32,000 nt of DNA from Bacillus subtilis subsp. subtilis str. 168 (GCF_000009045.1 NC_000964.3:3960001-3992000); one strand, 5' to 3'; positions 1 to 10,322 are shown, numbered from the stretch's first letter. The notes: generated from the sequence alone by a model not told the origin. Program-made: numbers and translations.

Positions 1-173
1 TCTGTCTGATAATGATGGGCTTTTGACAATTCTTCAGCAGCGTCTTGAAGCTTTTTCCGCGCTTCTTCTGCGTCACCGCTTTTCGCAGCGGCAATGGCCT
101 CCATTGCGGAGCTCCTACCGTTTCCTCCGTGAAGGATGATTTGAAAAATGATTTGTTCCATTTCCTCATTCAC
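1..173 (-). CDS. licA: PTS lichenan/cellobiose-specific EIIA component, N-terminal part (truncated by window edge)
   Basis: Reverse strand reads GTG-AAT-GAG-GAA-ATG-GAA... giving [38 protein letters not shown]..., typical of lactose/cellobiose PTS EIIA. SD AAAGGA lies about 10 nt upstream and the gene directly follows licC. Not in the supplied ORF track because it is truncated. Confidence 0.88.
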   Translation of the reverse strand, partial: MNEEMEQIIFQIILHGGNGRSSAMEAIAAAKSGDAEEARKKLQDAAEELSKAHHYQT

Positions 174-191
174 GCGATTCACTTCCTTTCT

Positions 192-1550
192 CTACAGAGC
201 CGCTTCTTTGTCATCTGTTGCTGCAGGCGTTTGGACCAGCTCCAGATCGTTTTCTTCTTTCAGCTTCTGCTTATCCCACATTCTGAAGAATGGATAGTAG
301 ACAACAAAGGACACGGCAATATTAATGGCTTGCATGACCGCGCCTGAGACTTTTCCTCCTGTCGCCAAGTAGCCTGAAAAGATCGGCGGCATGGTCCACG
401 GCACTGCGATACCCGCCGGTTTGGCGACAAGGCCGGTGCTCATTCCGATGTACGTGAGTGTCACTGTGACAAGCGGCGTGATGATAAACGGAAGTAAGAG
501 CATTGGGTTCATGACGATCGGCATTCCGAATATAATCGGTTCGTTAATATTGAAGATGGCCGGGCCGACCGCAAGCTTCCCGAGCTGCTTCATTTGTTTG
601 CTTCGGGCGCGCAGGAACATCGTGACAACCAGTGCCAATGTGGCGCCGCTTCCGCCAATATTGACCCAGATATCGAAAAATTGCTGGGTGAAAATCTTAG
701 GAAGCTCCTCACCGGCTTGGAATGCGATCCGGTTGGCATCCATTGCGCCGTACCAAATCGGTGCCATGACGCCGCCAACAATGTTTGCACCGTGAAGGCC
801 GCAGGCCCATAAAAGCATTTTGACGGCTTCGGCGACAAGGCTTCCTCCAAGGCTTCCTCCCAGAATGGAAAGCGGAGTCCCCAATAAAACGCTTACAATA
901 TTATGAAGGCTTTCAAACGGTGTCGCTTCAACAATCAGCCGGGCTGCCCAAATTAGGAAGATGACGGCAAAGCCGGGGATTAACGCGACAAATGACTTGC
1001 TTACCGCCGGCGGGACACCGTCCGGCATTTTGAAGACTAAATTGCGCTGGATAATAAGGCGGTAAATCTCTGTGGACACCATTGCGATAATCATGGCGAC
1101 AAATAAGCCTTTGCTTCCCATGAGCGAAAGCGGAATCCCGCCGCCAACCATGATTTCTTTCGTCGCGCCATCCGGCATAAACGGCACTTGATAAGGTGTT
1201 GCTAATAAAAATGCCGCAAGGGAAATGGCTCCGGCCGACAAGGCATCAACACCGTATTTCTCGGCGAGCCGGTAGGCAATGCCGAACGCGGCGACAAGAC
1301 CCATAATTTCAAAGGTCGCGTCGACTGGGTAGGCCAGTTTTTCAGACCAGGAGCTGCCAAACGTTTTTGCCATAAACTCAGCGTATCCCGGGATCGGGAG
1401 GTTGCCAATGATGAGGAAAAAGGAACCGATGATAATCAGGGGCATCGTGAGGATGATACCATCACGCAGCGCCTGCAAATGACGCTGTCCCGCAATTCTT
1501 CCCGCTATAGGCATGACCTTTTCTTCTAAGATCTGATTGACTTTATTCAC
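192..1550 (-). CDS. licC: PTS lichenan/cellobiose-specific EIIC permease
   Basis: 452-aa multi-TM ORF with EIIC motifs (GSFFLIIGNLP, NEPIIFGMPIVMNP); between licB and licA. Confidence 0.95.
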   Translation of the reverse strand: MNKVNQILEEKVMPIAGRIAGQRHLQALRDGIILTMPLIIIGSFFLIIGNLPIPGYAEFMAKTFGSSWSEKLAYPVDATFEIMGLVAAFGIAYRLAEKYGVDALSAGAISLAAFLLATPYQVPFMPDGATKEIMVGGGIPLSLMGSKGLFVAMIIAMVSTEIYRLIIQRNLVFKMPDGVPPAVSKSFVALIPGFAVIFLIWAARLIVEATPFESLHNIVSVLLGTPLSILGGSLGGSLVAEAVKMLLWACGLHGANIVGGVMAPIWYGAMDANRIAFQAGEELPKIFTQQFFDIWVNIGGSGATLALVVTMFLRARSKQMKQLGKLAVGPAIFNINEPIIFGMPIVMNPMLLLPFIITPLVTVTLTYIGMSTGLVAKPAGIAVPWTMPPIFSGYLATGGKVSGAVMQAINIAVSFVVYYPFFRMWDKQKLKEENDLELVQTPAATDDKEAAL

Positions 1551-1565
1551 ATAGCCCGCCCCTCT

Positions 1566-1874
1566 CTATGACACATGTCCAAGCTGTTCAGCTGATTTCA
1601 GCACTTCCGCCCCATTGCACGTTCCATAATGGACGGTATTAATGACGTCTACCGGAACCCCCTTTGACTCTCCTAATTTTTTGAGCTGCGGAAGCATGTA
1701 ACGGACTTGCGGACCGAGAAGCAATACATCCGCTTTATCGATATGATTTTGTACAGAATCGCCTGAAACTGCCCAAATGGTATAGTCTTTTCCCTGTTCC
1801 TGCGCACTTTTTTCCATCTTGCTCACCAGTAAGCTAGTAGACATGCCTGCTGCACAAACGAGTAATATATTCAT
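1566..1874 (-). CDS. licB: PTS lichenan/cellobiose-specific EIIB component
   Basis: 102 aa; [20 protein letters not shown] has the EIIB phosphocysteine loop of the lactose/cellobiose family. Confidence 0.95.
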
Positions 1875-1936
1875 GTAAAAGACCCCCTAGAGTTTGATCA
1901 ATTTTGTAATGTCCTGCTGTTGCTATCATCATATTA

Positions 1937-1950
1937 TGAAATCGCTTTCA
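1937..1950 (-). promoter_or_regulatory. CcpA catabolite-responsive element (cre) of the lic operon
   Basis: TGAAATCGCTTTCA is a perfect match to TGWAANCGNTNWCA. On the minus strand it sits between TTTATG (-35-like) and TATGAT (-10-like), i.e. inside the licB promoter. Confidence 0.85.
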
Positions 1951-1963
1951 TAAACACTCAGGG

Positions 1964-1986
1964 TTTTTCCGCAGGCAACGGAAAAA
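1964..1986 (-). promoter_or_regulatory. Inverted repeat just upstream of the licB promoter, probable LicR operator
   Basis: TTTTTCCG-CAGGCAA-CGGAAAAA: 8-bp arms, 7-nt spacer, immediately upstream of the -35-like element. Confidence 0.6.
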
Positions 1987-2002
1987 AGGTATATACAGGC
2001 TG

Positions 2003-3928
2003 TCAGCTCAGCATTTTTTGGTCAAACACATCCGAAAGCTCTTGATATGAACGGCATTTGATCAGCTGGTTCATCGCCGCCGGGTCATCCAAAATGCTGC
2101 CAAGCAGTTTATACATGCTTTGTAAATCCGCTTTGTTCTCCTTTTCGACACAAAGCAGACAGACAAATTGAACTCGCTGACTCTCCCAATCGATCGGTTT
2201 TTTGAGCGTACAAACGGCCCAAAACGTTGTTTTCGTCTGCGGAACAAGCGGGTGCGGGATGGCAACAAGATTGCCAAAACACGTTGGCGACATGTCTTCT
2301 CTTTCAAAAATGGAATCTATGATTTCTTCATCGGCAAAGCCGCATTCGACCACTTTCTGCCCTAAAAATTGAATCACTTCTTCTTTTGAGCGCAGATCCT
2401 CCTGAAAAAAAACGAGTTCTTTTTTTAGGTAGCGATTGGCTTTTTCCTTTTCATCACTCAGAATAGATTCTATTTTTGTAAAGTCAGTTCCGCCTAAGAT
2501 GGTGTTAACCTTCAGTACTGGTACAGGGAGCTCTTTTTTAATCGGAATGGTGCTGATGACAAAATCAATTGATTCGTAGGACATTTGATCAAGACTATAA
2601 TACTCAGCCGTTCCAAGAATATCGAGCCGCTTGCCGAAATGGGAACGCAGTTTTTCGCGCAGAAGCTGGGCGCTTCCGGCTCCCGATGCGCATACAATGA
2701 TACAGCGTTTCGGCGGGCTTTCTGTTTTTTTTCGTTCAATCGCGGCGCCAAAGTGGAGAGCCAAATATCCAATTTCGTTTTCATGAATCTCAATACCCGT
2801 TTGTTCCTTTATCACGATTCCGGCAATGATCCCGGCTTCAAAAGCGAGTGGATAATGTTCCTTGATCGCTGCCAGCATCGGATTTCGAAGATTCATGCCG
2901 TATCGGTTGCGGCTGATCGCCGGCTTCATATGCAGTGCCAAGCCGATTTTCAGCTCTTTGTCATGCAGGATGCCAAGCTTCAGTTCACGATCAACAGCTT
3001 TGATCATGGCAAGTGTCAGCTGATCGGTTTCCTCTTCTATTGAAAATGTGTCCTCTCCGCATTGTGATTGTGTCATTCGTTTTGTGCCAAGGAGATGCAT
3101 GGTGATGTAGGCCGTCTCGTCTTTCGGAAACGTAACGGAAAGCTTTGATTCCAGCTCTTTTACGATGGCTTCTGCAGCCTGGTACTCCTTTTGATGCAGG
3201 ATATGATCCATATCTTTCGGGAAAAGAGAAACATAGTTTTCCGTTCTGATCCGTTTACAGGCGATAGCGATATGGATAATGAGGTTATTCAGTCCCATGT
3301 TGGACAGAGGGATGCGGTCGTTTTTCATTTTTTTCAAGATGGCGGAACGGATGATCTCAATTTCTTCTTTTGGCAAAATATCAGCCTTTTCATTTAAAAC
3401 ATCTATCTCCGTTTCTCTTTCATCAACAATGTACTCCGCCATGCAGTACCTCATCTGCACCTCGTCCCCGCGCAGCTTGAAGCCGTAATTCGGACGTGTT
3501 TCCATGACGATGCGGTAAGGCAGCAGACGTTTCTTTACTTCCTTTAAATCCGTTTGGAGTGTAGATTTTGAGATAAATAGTTCTTCAGCAAGTTCATCGA
3601 GCTTGAGATAATGGTCCGCCAGCAGCAGACGTTTCATAAGATAGGCCATTCTCTCCTCCGGCAATACCGGCAGGCCCTTTTTTTGCTGAAATTCATCTTG
3701 CAGCAGTGTTCTGAATACTTGCTCGTCATCAATGCGGAGCTTGTAGCCGGAGCCTCTTACAGATTGTACAAAGGCACCGTGGCCGCTTAGCACACCTTGA
3801 AGTTCCTTTATATCATTGCGGACTGTCCGCGTCGTTACGTTTAATTGCGCGGCAAAAAACGAACTTGTCACCGGGGCTTCAGCCGCCATCAGCAAGCGCA
3901 GAATATCACGTAGTCGCCCATGAAGCAT
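2003..3928 (-). CDS. licR: PRD-containing transcriptional activator of the lic operon (HTH, two PRDs, EIIB-like and EIIA-like domains)
   Basis: 641 aa; N-terminal HTH (MLHGRLRDILRLLMAAEAPVTSSFFAAQLNVTTRTVRNDI), EIIB-like CIIVCASGAGSAQLLREKL, C-terminal EIIA-like LVAIPHPLVPQ; divergent neighbour context with lic PTS genes. Confidence 0.95.
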   Translation of the reverse strand: MLHGRLRDILRLLMAAEAPVTSSFFAAQLNVTTRTVRNDIKELQGVLSGHGAFVQSVRGSGYKLRIDDEQVFRTLLQDEFQQKKGLPVLPEERMAYLMKRLLLADHYLKLDELAEELFISKSTLQTDLKEVKKRLLPYRIVMETRPNYGFKLRGDEVQMRYCMAEYIVDERETEIDVLNEKADILPKEEIEIIRSAILKKMKNDRIPLSNMGLNNLIIHIAIACKRIRTENYVSLFPKDMDHILHQKEYQAAEAIVKELESKLSVTFPKDETAYITMHLLGTKRMTQSQCGEDTFSIEEETDQLTLAMIKAVDRELKLGILHDKELKIGLALHMKPAISRNRYGMNLRNPMLAAIKEHYPLAFEAGIIAGIVIKEQTGIEIHENEIGYLALHFGAAIERKKTESPPKRCIIVCASGAGSAQLLREKLRSHFGKRLDILGTAEYYSLDQMSYESIDFVISTIPIKKELPVPVLKVNTILGGTDFTKIESILSDEKEKANRYLKKELVFFQEDLRSKEEVIQFLGQKVVECGFADEEIIDSIFEREDMSPTCFGNLVAIPHPLVPQTKTTFWAVCTLKKPIDWESQRVQFVCLLCVEKENKADLQSMYKLLGSILDDPAAMNQLIKCRSYQELSDVFDQKMLS

Positions 3929-4074
3929 GAGAAAAACCTCCTAACTAGTAGATGCAGGGATTCAGTGAATAGGCAGAAAGGATGATGAAGGGATGCGAAA
4001 TGTATATAAATTCTATAATGGAGAGAATGGCAAGTCAATGAACATCCGGAGGACTAGAGGGAAAACTGACCTAT

Positions 4075-4102
4075 AAAAAAACAGCCGGGATCAGCCGGCT
4101 GT
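4075..4102 (-). terminator. Rho-independent terminator of the small ORF at 4091..4276
   Basis: ACAGCCGG-GATCAG-CCGGCTGT (4081-4102) with A-run 4075-4080 (U-tract on minus strand). Confidence 0.8.
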
Positions 4103-4276
4103 TCTAGATGCGGACATATTCTTTTGTTTAGACGCCTTGCGGTCCTTCATGATTTTTCGAACAATCGGGTAAATGACCGGCGCCCATTTGATAACGGTTT
4201 TGATCATCTTTTTCAAAGCTCCGATTCTCCCTTCTTTTTTCTCAACCATTCCCCTGATTGCCTCTTCCTTAAACAT
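4091..4276 (-). CDS. yxzF: Small cationic hypothetical protein, N-terminal start uncertain
   Basis: 61-aa ORF, highly basic with a hydrophobic/amphipathic centre ([16 protein letters not shown]); followed by a terminator. Symbol based on recalled gene order only. Confidence 0.5.
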
Positions 4277-4277
4277 G

Positions 4278-4868
4278 CTAACGCGACACGTACCTGTTTC
4301 CCGTCACCCAGAAACGCCATGGATAATCGCGTGCCTCCCCGCTGTTGTCAATGCCGATGCGCGGGCCGGTTGAAATTGCTTCCGGTGTGTACCCGCTTTC
4401 GATGTAAAGCGGCTGTTCCGTGATCCAGCGTCCGTAGTCATTCATCGTGACGCCAAGCGCTTTCGTCAGCTTTCCTGGTCCGTTTGTCCATTCCCTCGGA
4501 CTCCTGCCCGGCCTTCTCTCCTCCATTAACAGCTGGCCTTCATGCGGCTCAATCGCCCTGATTAATACTGCTTGCGGGACATCCTCTTCCGCCGCAACGA
4601 CATTCAGCAATGTATGGGTGTGCATCACGTATGTATATACCCGCCCAGCTTCTGCAAACATGATCTCAGTCCGCTTCGTCCGGCGGTTGTTAAAGCTGTG
4701 GGCCGCTCTGTCTCCAGCCCCCATATAGGCCTCTGTTTCCACAATATAGCCTGACGCTGTGCCTTCGTCTGTTTCTTTTACAAGAAGGCAGCCCAGAAGC
4801 GATGGGGCAAGCTCAAGAGCGGTTTTTTGATAAAACGTGATGGGCAGCGGATTTTTTTCTCTCGTCAC
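4278..4868 (-). CDS. yxlJ: DNA-3-methyladenine glycosylase (AAG/MPG family)
   Basis: ORF 4278..4910 contains ...[51 protein letters not shown]..., characteristic AAG family. GTG start at 4868 preferred because AAAAGGAGAGG lies upstream. Confidence 0.92.
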
Positions 4869-4937
4869 GAATCGACCTCTCCTTTTACCGATTTTTGTAC
4901 ATTGTACCATTCCCGAAGCAGATCAAAAAAAACGGCT

Positions 4938-4968
4938 GTTTTAAAATCTTTCCATTCAGGGAATATTG
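4938..4968 (+). promoter_or_regulatory. Candidate sigma-F / sigma-B type promoter of katX
   Basis: GTTTTA (4938-4943), 15-nt spacer, GGGAATATTG (4959-4968), which fits the sigma-F -10 pattern GGNNANAHTR and is close to the sigma-B pair GTTTAA/GGGTAT. It predicts a start site about 25 nt before the TTG start codon. Confidence 0.65.
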
Positions 4969-4996
4969 TTACCGTTCAAAAAAGGAGGGCCAACCA

Positions 4997-6640
4997 TTGA
5001 AAGATGATCATCAAAACAAGCAGCACCAATCAAATGCCCAAGGGAGCGAGGAAGCGTTTTCTCATAAGACATCCGGGAAAAACGAGTCAGAGGATACCTT
5101 AACGAATAGGCAGGGGCATCCTGTTACTGACAACCAGAATGTGAGAACCGTCGGGAATAGAGGGCCTACAACACTTGAGAACTATGATTTTCTCGAAAAG
5201 ATCAGCCACTTCGACCGGGAACGCATCCCAGAGCGGGTTGTTCATGCCAGGGGAGCAGGTGCACATGGATATTTTGAAGCGTACGGAAGCTTCGGAGACG
5301 AACCGATTTCAACATACACAAGGGCCAAGCTCTTTCAGGAAAAAGGCAAGAAAACACCGGCATTTGTCCGTTTTTCAACTGTGAATCATGGAAAACACTC
5401 GCCTGAAACATTGAGAGACCCGCGCGGTTTTGCTGTAAAGCTATATACAGAAGACGGAAACTGGGATTTGGTCGGAAACAACCTGAAAATCTTTTTTATC
5501 CGCGACCCGCTGAAATTTCCGGATCTTGTACACGCATTTCAGCCTGATCCAGTGACAAACATCCAGGATGGTGAACGTATCTTCGATTTCATTTCTCAAT
5601 CTCCTGAAGCGACACACATGATCACCTTCTTGTTTTCGCCTTGGGGCATTCCGGCCAACTACCGGCAAATGCAGGGTTCAGGCGTACATGCCTATAAATG
5701 GGTGAATGAGGAGGGCAAGGCCGTTCTCGTGAAATACCATTTTGAACCGAAGCAGGGCATCCGCAACCTGACACAGAAGGAAGCAGAAGAGATTCAAGGG
5801 AAAAACTTTAACCATGCCACACAGGATCTATATGACGCGATTGAAAATGGCGATTATCCAGAGTGGGAAGTATATGCTCAAATCATGAGCGATGATGAGC
5901 ATCCTGAACTGGACTTTGATCCTCTTGATCCAACAAAACTGTGGTATAAAGACGATTTCCCATGGAAACCGATCGGCAAATTGGTTCTGAACAAAAATCC
6001 GGAAAACTACCATGCGGAAGTGGAGCAAGCTTCATTTGGAACGGGAGTGCTTGTCGACGGGCTTGATTTTTCAGACGACAAATTGCTCCAGGGGCGTACG
6101 TTTGCCTACTCTGATACGCAGCGCTACCGTGTAGGCGCAAATTACCTGCAGCTTCCGATCAACTCGCCGAAAAAGCATGTCGCCACCAACCAGGAAGGCG
6201 GGCAAATGCAATATCGGGTCGATAGAGCAGAAGGACAAAACCCGCACGTCAACTACGAGCCATCCATTATGGGCGGGCTGAAGGAAGCGAAGCAAGACGG
6301 AAAAGACCATACGCCGCATGTCGAAGGTGATGTAAAGCGTGAAGCGATTGACAGAACAAACAACTTCGGACAGGCTGGAGAAACGTACCGGAGATTTACT
6401 GAATTTGAGCGGAACGAATTGATTACGAATTTGGTGAATACGCTTTCTACGTGCCGAAAAGAAATTCAGGATCAAATGATTGAGAATTTCACAAAAGCTG
6501 ATCCTGACTACGGAAAACGCGTAGCAGAAGGGCTAAAAAAGGTCTCCGAAAACAACAGCAACGGGCCGATCGGCACAACTGAAACGGAACAGGCTGCAAA
6601 GCAGGCTGAACAGGAGAGTCATCCGTCTGATCCGTATTAA
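4997..6640 (+). CDS. katX: Catalase (spore/general-stress associated KatX)
   Basis: 547 aa from TTG start with strong SD AAAGGAGG; clade-3 catalase motifs ([60 protein letters not shown]-like [12 protein letters not shown]). Confidence 0.96.
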
Positions 6641-6650
6641 CAACAGCGAA

Positions 6651-6679
6651 CAGGGCTTTTTTAGAAGCCCTGTTTTTTT
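6651..6679 (+). terminator. Rho-independent terminator of katX
   Basis: CAGGGCTT-TTTTAG-AAGCCCTG followed by TTTTTTT. Confidence 0.85.
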
Positions 6680-6744
6680 ATTTTTCTATTGAAACGCTTT
6701 CAATAATTGTGTTGTACTTGGAAGGAAAGGGGTGGAGAGATACG

Positions 6745-7947
6745 ATGGAATTACAGCAGGACTTGATTCCTCAGAAAAAAACAATCGGCGCTTTAGATCA
6801 CGCCGTTTTTTTATGCATGGTATTTTGTTTCTGGTTTTCAGGCTATATTTACGTTCCTGTATTCAGTCTGTATTTGGAGGATCTGCACTTTTCATATGGC
6901 GCAATCGGCATCATTCTCGGCAGCTACGGGGTCACGCAAATCCTTCTGCGATTCCCGCTCGGCCTTTTGTCAGACATCCTGTTTTCCTTGCGCAAGCAAT
7001 TGTTAATTGCCGGGTTCGGCTTTTCCGTCCTCAGCAGCCTGCTTTTTCTGATGTTTGATTCTTTCTTCTTCGTGCTGGCCGCCCGGCTTTTCGCGGGAAT
7101 CACTGCTTCTACGTGGGTGATGGCGACCATTTTATACGCACATTATTTCAACAATGGCAATGCATCAAAAGCAATGGGCATCATGCAGTTTTTTACCGTC
7201 ATGCCTCAGTTTGCCAGCATTGTGTTCTGCGGGCTCGCCGCAGCCCATTTAGGGAGGCAGGTTCCTTTTTGGATGGCGCTGGCAGCTTCTGCCGCAGGTC
7301 TGGTGATCTGCTGCTTTATTCAGGATCCGTCTGCTCCTCCCGCAAACCGTGGCACCATTCGTGTCAATCAGTACATCAAAGATACATTGCGGCTGCCAAA
7401 GCTGAAGCTTTTCACCATCCTGTCTATGACGGCCCATGCCGTATTATTTATCACAGTGTTTGGTTTTACGCCGCTTTACATGAATCAGCTCGGAATGGGC
7501 GACGCGGAGCTGCTTTGGGTGATGAGCGCCTTTTTCCTCCCACACGCAGCCGCCACATTAAGCTTTGTGTTTCTGCGCTTTACAAGCCGTATCGCTTACT
7601 CCGTGATGCTCATTAGTTTCGCTGTCACCGGGGTCTGTTTGCTATATGTTCCTTTTTTAGCTGCATTGTTCACGGTTTGCATCACACACGCCTGTATTGG
7701 GCTGGCGCTCGGCTTCGTTTTTCCTCTGCTGCTAAGCCATGTCGTCGAAATCAGTTCTGCCCGTTTAAAAATGTCAGTGATGGGGTTTTACCAATCATTT
7801 TATGCGCTAGGCATCTTCCTCGGGCCCCTTCTTGCCGGAAAAATCGCACAGCTTATCGGGCTTGCGGGAGTTTTTTATGGAGCCGGTTCTCTGGCATTTG
7901 CCGCCTTTTTTGTGATGCTCGCGCAAAAACGTAACATGATCAATTAA
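6745..7947 (+). CDS. yxlH: MFS transporter
   Basis: About 400 aa, 12-TM pattern. ATG at 6745 preceded by AAAGGGGTGG is a better start than the TTG at 6709. Confidence 0.9.
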
Positions 7948-8720
7948 TAGCTTTCATACCGCCGGAAGCGCCACACAGAAAACACGGCCAGAAGCATGAT
8001 GCACAGAATGGAGAAAGTGAGTGACCATCCGAAAAAATCTGCCCGCTCTCCATGAAGAAGGATATGCTCCGCCTGCTTGCAAATCTCAGCCGGAAGCCAC
8101 TTCGCACCATCTGGAAATAGTGAAACAGCAAAGGAAACGGCTGCTGTGAGCCCGATCCCGCAAGCCGCAGCTGCTCCGACAGACCGGAATATCGTACTTC
8201 CGGCAAGGCCGGCGGTCACAATAAATATCACCCAAAGAGCGTAAAGGCCAAGGCTTGCGGCAAAGCGGCTGAATGATGCGTCCTCAAACAGCAGCCGGAC
8301 GTAATAGTAAGCAAGCCCGTATCCAGCTGCAAACGACATAATGCCGATCACGCTTTGGATGAGCCATTTACTCACGATATAATGGGCTGCCGTCACAGGC
8401 CGCGACATAATCAGCGCTGTTACCCCTTGATTTCTTTCATTGGCTACACTGCCCATCACGCTAAAGATGACCAGAGCCATGCCAAGCGTGTTGAATTGAG
8501 AAAGCGTGCTGACCATCACTTCAGACCCGGAGGGCATCGTAAAACTGATTTTCATGCCGTCAGGAAGGTTCCCTCCATGTGCGATGATTTCCGGCATATA
8601 ATAAATGGTCAGCGGCTGTGTCAGCCCGACGATCATCATCGCAATCGGCAGCCAAATCAGCTTGCCGCTTTTCCATCCTTCCAGCCACTCCTTCTGCAAT
8701 AGCGCCATCATCACCTTCAT
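7944..8720 (-). CDS. yxlG: ABC transporter permease, ABC-2 type
   Basis: 258 aa, multi-[22 protein letters not shown] start and [18 protein letters not shown] motif; 4-nt overlap with upstream ATPase gene. Confidence 0.93.
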
Positions 8721-9604
8721 GCGTGCACCACCTTTAGATAGACGTCTTCTAGAGACTCCGTTTTCTGTTCAAAGCGGGTGACGGTCAATCCCTTTCGGAT
8801 ACAGTCACTTAATAATGACCGGCCAGCGTGTATATCAGGCAGCTCGAAAACCGCTTGGGACGGATTCTTATAGACAATAGCTGAGACGTAAGGCTTCTCT
8901 TCAAGCCAACCTTCCAGCTTCTCTTTCACTGAAAGGGTAAAAACGTTCGTTTGCTGCTGTTGTTTCAGCTCCTGTAACTCGCCTTTCCATGAAATCTCAC
9001 CGTTTTTCATAATCACCACTTGATCACACACCTGTTCTGCATCGTGCAAAACATGTGTAGAAAACAGAACGGCCATATGCTTTTTCAGCTCCCGCATCAT
9101 GTCCAGCACCTCGAACCGTCCTGTCGGATCAAGCGCAGACACCGGTTCATCCAATATCAAAAACTTCGGTTTATGGAGCAGTGCCTGTGCCAGACCGAGT
9201 CTTTGTTTCATGCCTCCTGAATAGCCCCCGATCCTTTTGTGCGCCGCTTCGTGCAAACCGACAAATTCCAGCATCTCGCCGATTTTCTCTTGGCATTTTC
9301 TCTTCGAAAGGCCGGACAGTCTCCCCGCAAATGTCAAAAATTCATTTGCGGTCATCCACGAATAAAAAGCAGGATACTGCGGGAGGTACCCAATCAAACG
9401 CCGATCCAGCTTTTTCTCTCCTAACAGCTTTATGGTTCCAGAGGTTGGCGAAAGCAGTCCGGCCAGCATTTGCAGAGTCGTGGTTTTGCCGGCTCCATTA
9501 GGTCCTAATAGTGCGACACACTCATTTTCATTCACGTGAAAACTGACATTCTTTACAGCTTCATGGTGCCTGTACGATTTGCATAATGATTCAATAGACA
9601 GCAT
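8717..9604 (-). CDS. yxlF: ABC transporter ATP-binding protein
   Basis: 295 aa; Walker A GPNGAGKTT, signature YSGGMKQRLGLAQAL, Walker B FLILDEP. Confidence 0.95.
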   Translation of the reverse strand: MLSIESLCKSYRHHEAVKNVSFHVNENECVALLGPNGAGKTTTLQMLAGLLSPTSGTIKLLGEKKLDRRLIGYLPQYPAFYSWMTANEFLTFAGRLSGLSKRKCQEKIGEMLEFVGLHEAAHKRIGGYSGGMKQRLGLAQALLHKPKFLILDEPVSALDPTGRFEVLDMMRELKKHMAVLFSTHVLHDAEQVCDQVVIMKNGEISWKGELQELKQQQQTNVFTLSVKEKLEGWLEEKPYVSAIVYKNPSQAVFELPDIHAGRSLLSDCIRKGLTVTRFEQKTESLEDVYLKVVHA

Positions 9605-9610
9605 ATCGGC

Positions 9611-9799
9611 TTACCTTTGCTTTCTGCCGACGGTGAAAAATAAAATCGGCCCGATAATATTGATACATACGATGATTGCAGCCCACATCCACTTTGGCCC
9701 GTTCGTCCGCTCTTCTTTTATACAGCTGATAAGGGCAAACACCGCCAAAGCCAGCTGTAATACAATCAGCGGCAAAATCATTTCCCAAGAAATATTCAT
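9611..9799 (-). CDS. yxlE: Small membrane protein (PLDc_N-like), negative regulator of sigma-Y activity
   Basis: 62 aa, two TM helices; ATGA overlap with yxlD. Confidence 0.88.
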   Translation of the reverse strand: MNISWEMILPLIVLQLALAVFALISCIKEERTNGPKWMWAAIIVCINIIGPILFFTVGRKQR

Positions 9800-10002
9800 T
9801 GCTTGATCCCCCTTTTCTTCCGATCCGGCCTAATGACAAAAAAGTAATAACAAATCAGAGGCATCGGTGCTTGAATCAATCCGACAATCCCCCAAACCCA
9901 TGCCATGTGATTACGTTTTTTCGCATCAATAAATAAAAAGATTCCCTGCGCCAATACGATGAGACAAGCCGCAACCGTTATGATAATTTCTGTTTGTGTC
10001 AT
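9796..10002 (-). CDS. yxlD: Small membrane protein of the sigY operon
   Basis: 68 aa from ATG at 10002 ([20 protein letters not shown]...), ATGA overlap with yxlC stop; two TM helices. Confidence 0.88.
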   Translation of the reverse strand: MTQTEIIITVAACLIVLAQGIFLFIDAKKRNHMAWVWGIVGLIQAPMPLICYYFFVIRPDRKKRGIKQ

Positions 10003-10322
10003 CCGCGTTTCACCTCGCATTCGCCGAGATGCCTTTTTTTCTCAGCCGCAATCAAAATCGGCAGCACCGCAAGCACACAAACCTGAAGCACAATAAACAC
10101 AGCAGGAGCTTGAGTGAAAGCTAAGATTGCAGCACTCACAACCATCAGCGCGCAGAATACAAATAAAATGATCTCTTGAAGAAGTTTTTTTCTGTATTCA
10201 GCTTTCATTTGTGACAGCTGGTGAAGCAGTTCTTTTTGATTCGGTATAGAGGGATTGGCTGTTTGATCAATTTTTTTCCATTCTGACTTTAAATGATCAG
10301 AAAGCTTTTCTTTATTCATCAT
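9999..10322 (-). CDS. yxlC: Membrane protein acting as anti-sigma factor for sigma-Y
   Basis: 107 aa with soluble N-terminus and two C-terminal TM helices, immediately downstream of and overlapping sigY. Confidence 0.9.

Noticed and set aside
45-347. 100-aa plus-strand ORF over licA/licC
   Set aside because: It is antisense to the well-supported licA and licC genes and looks like low-information translation of the opposite strand.
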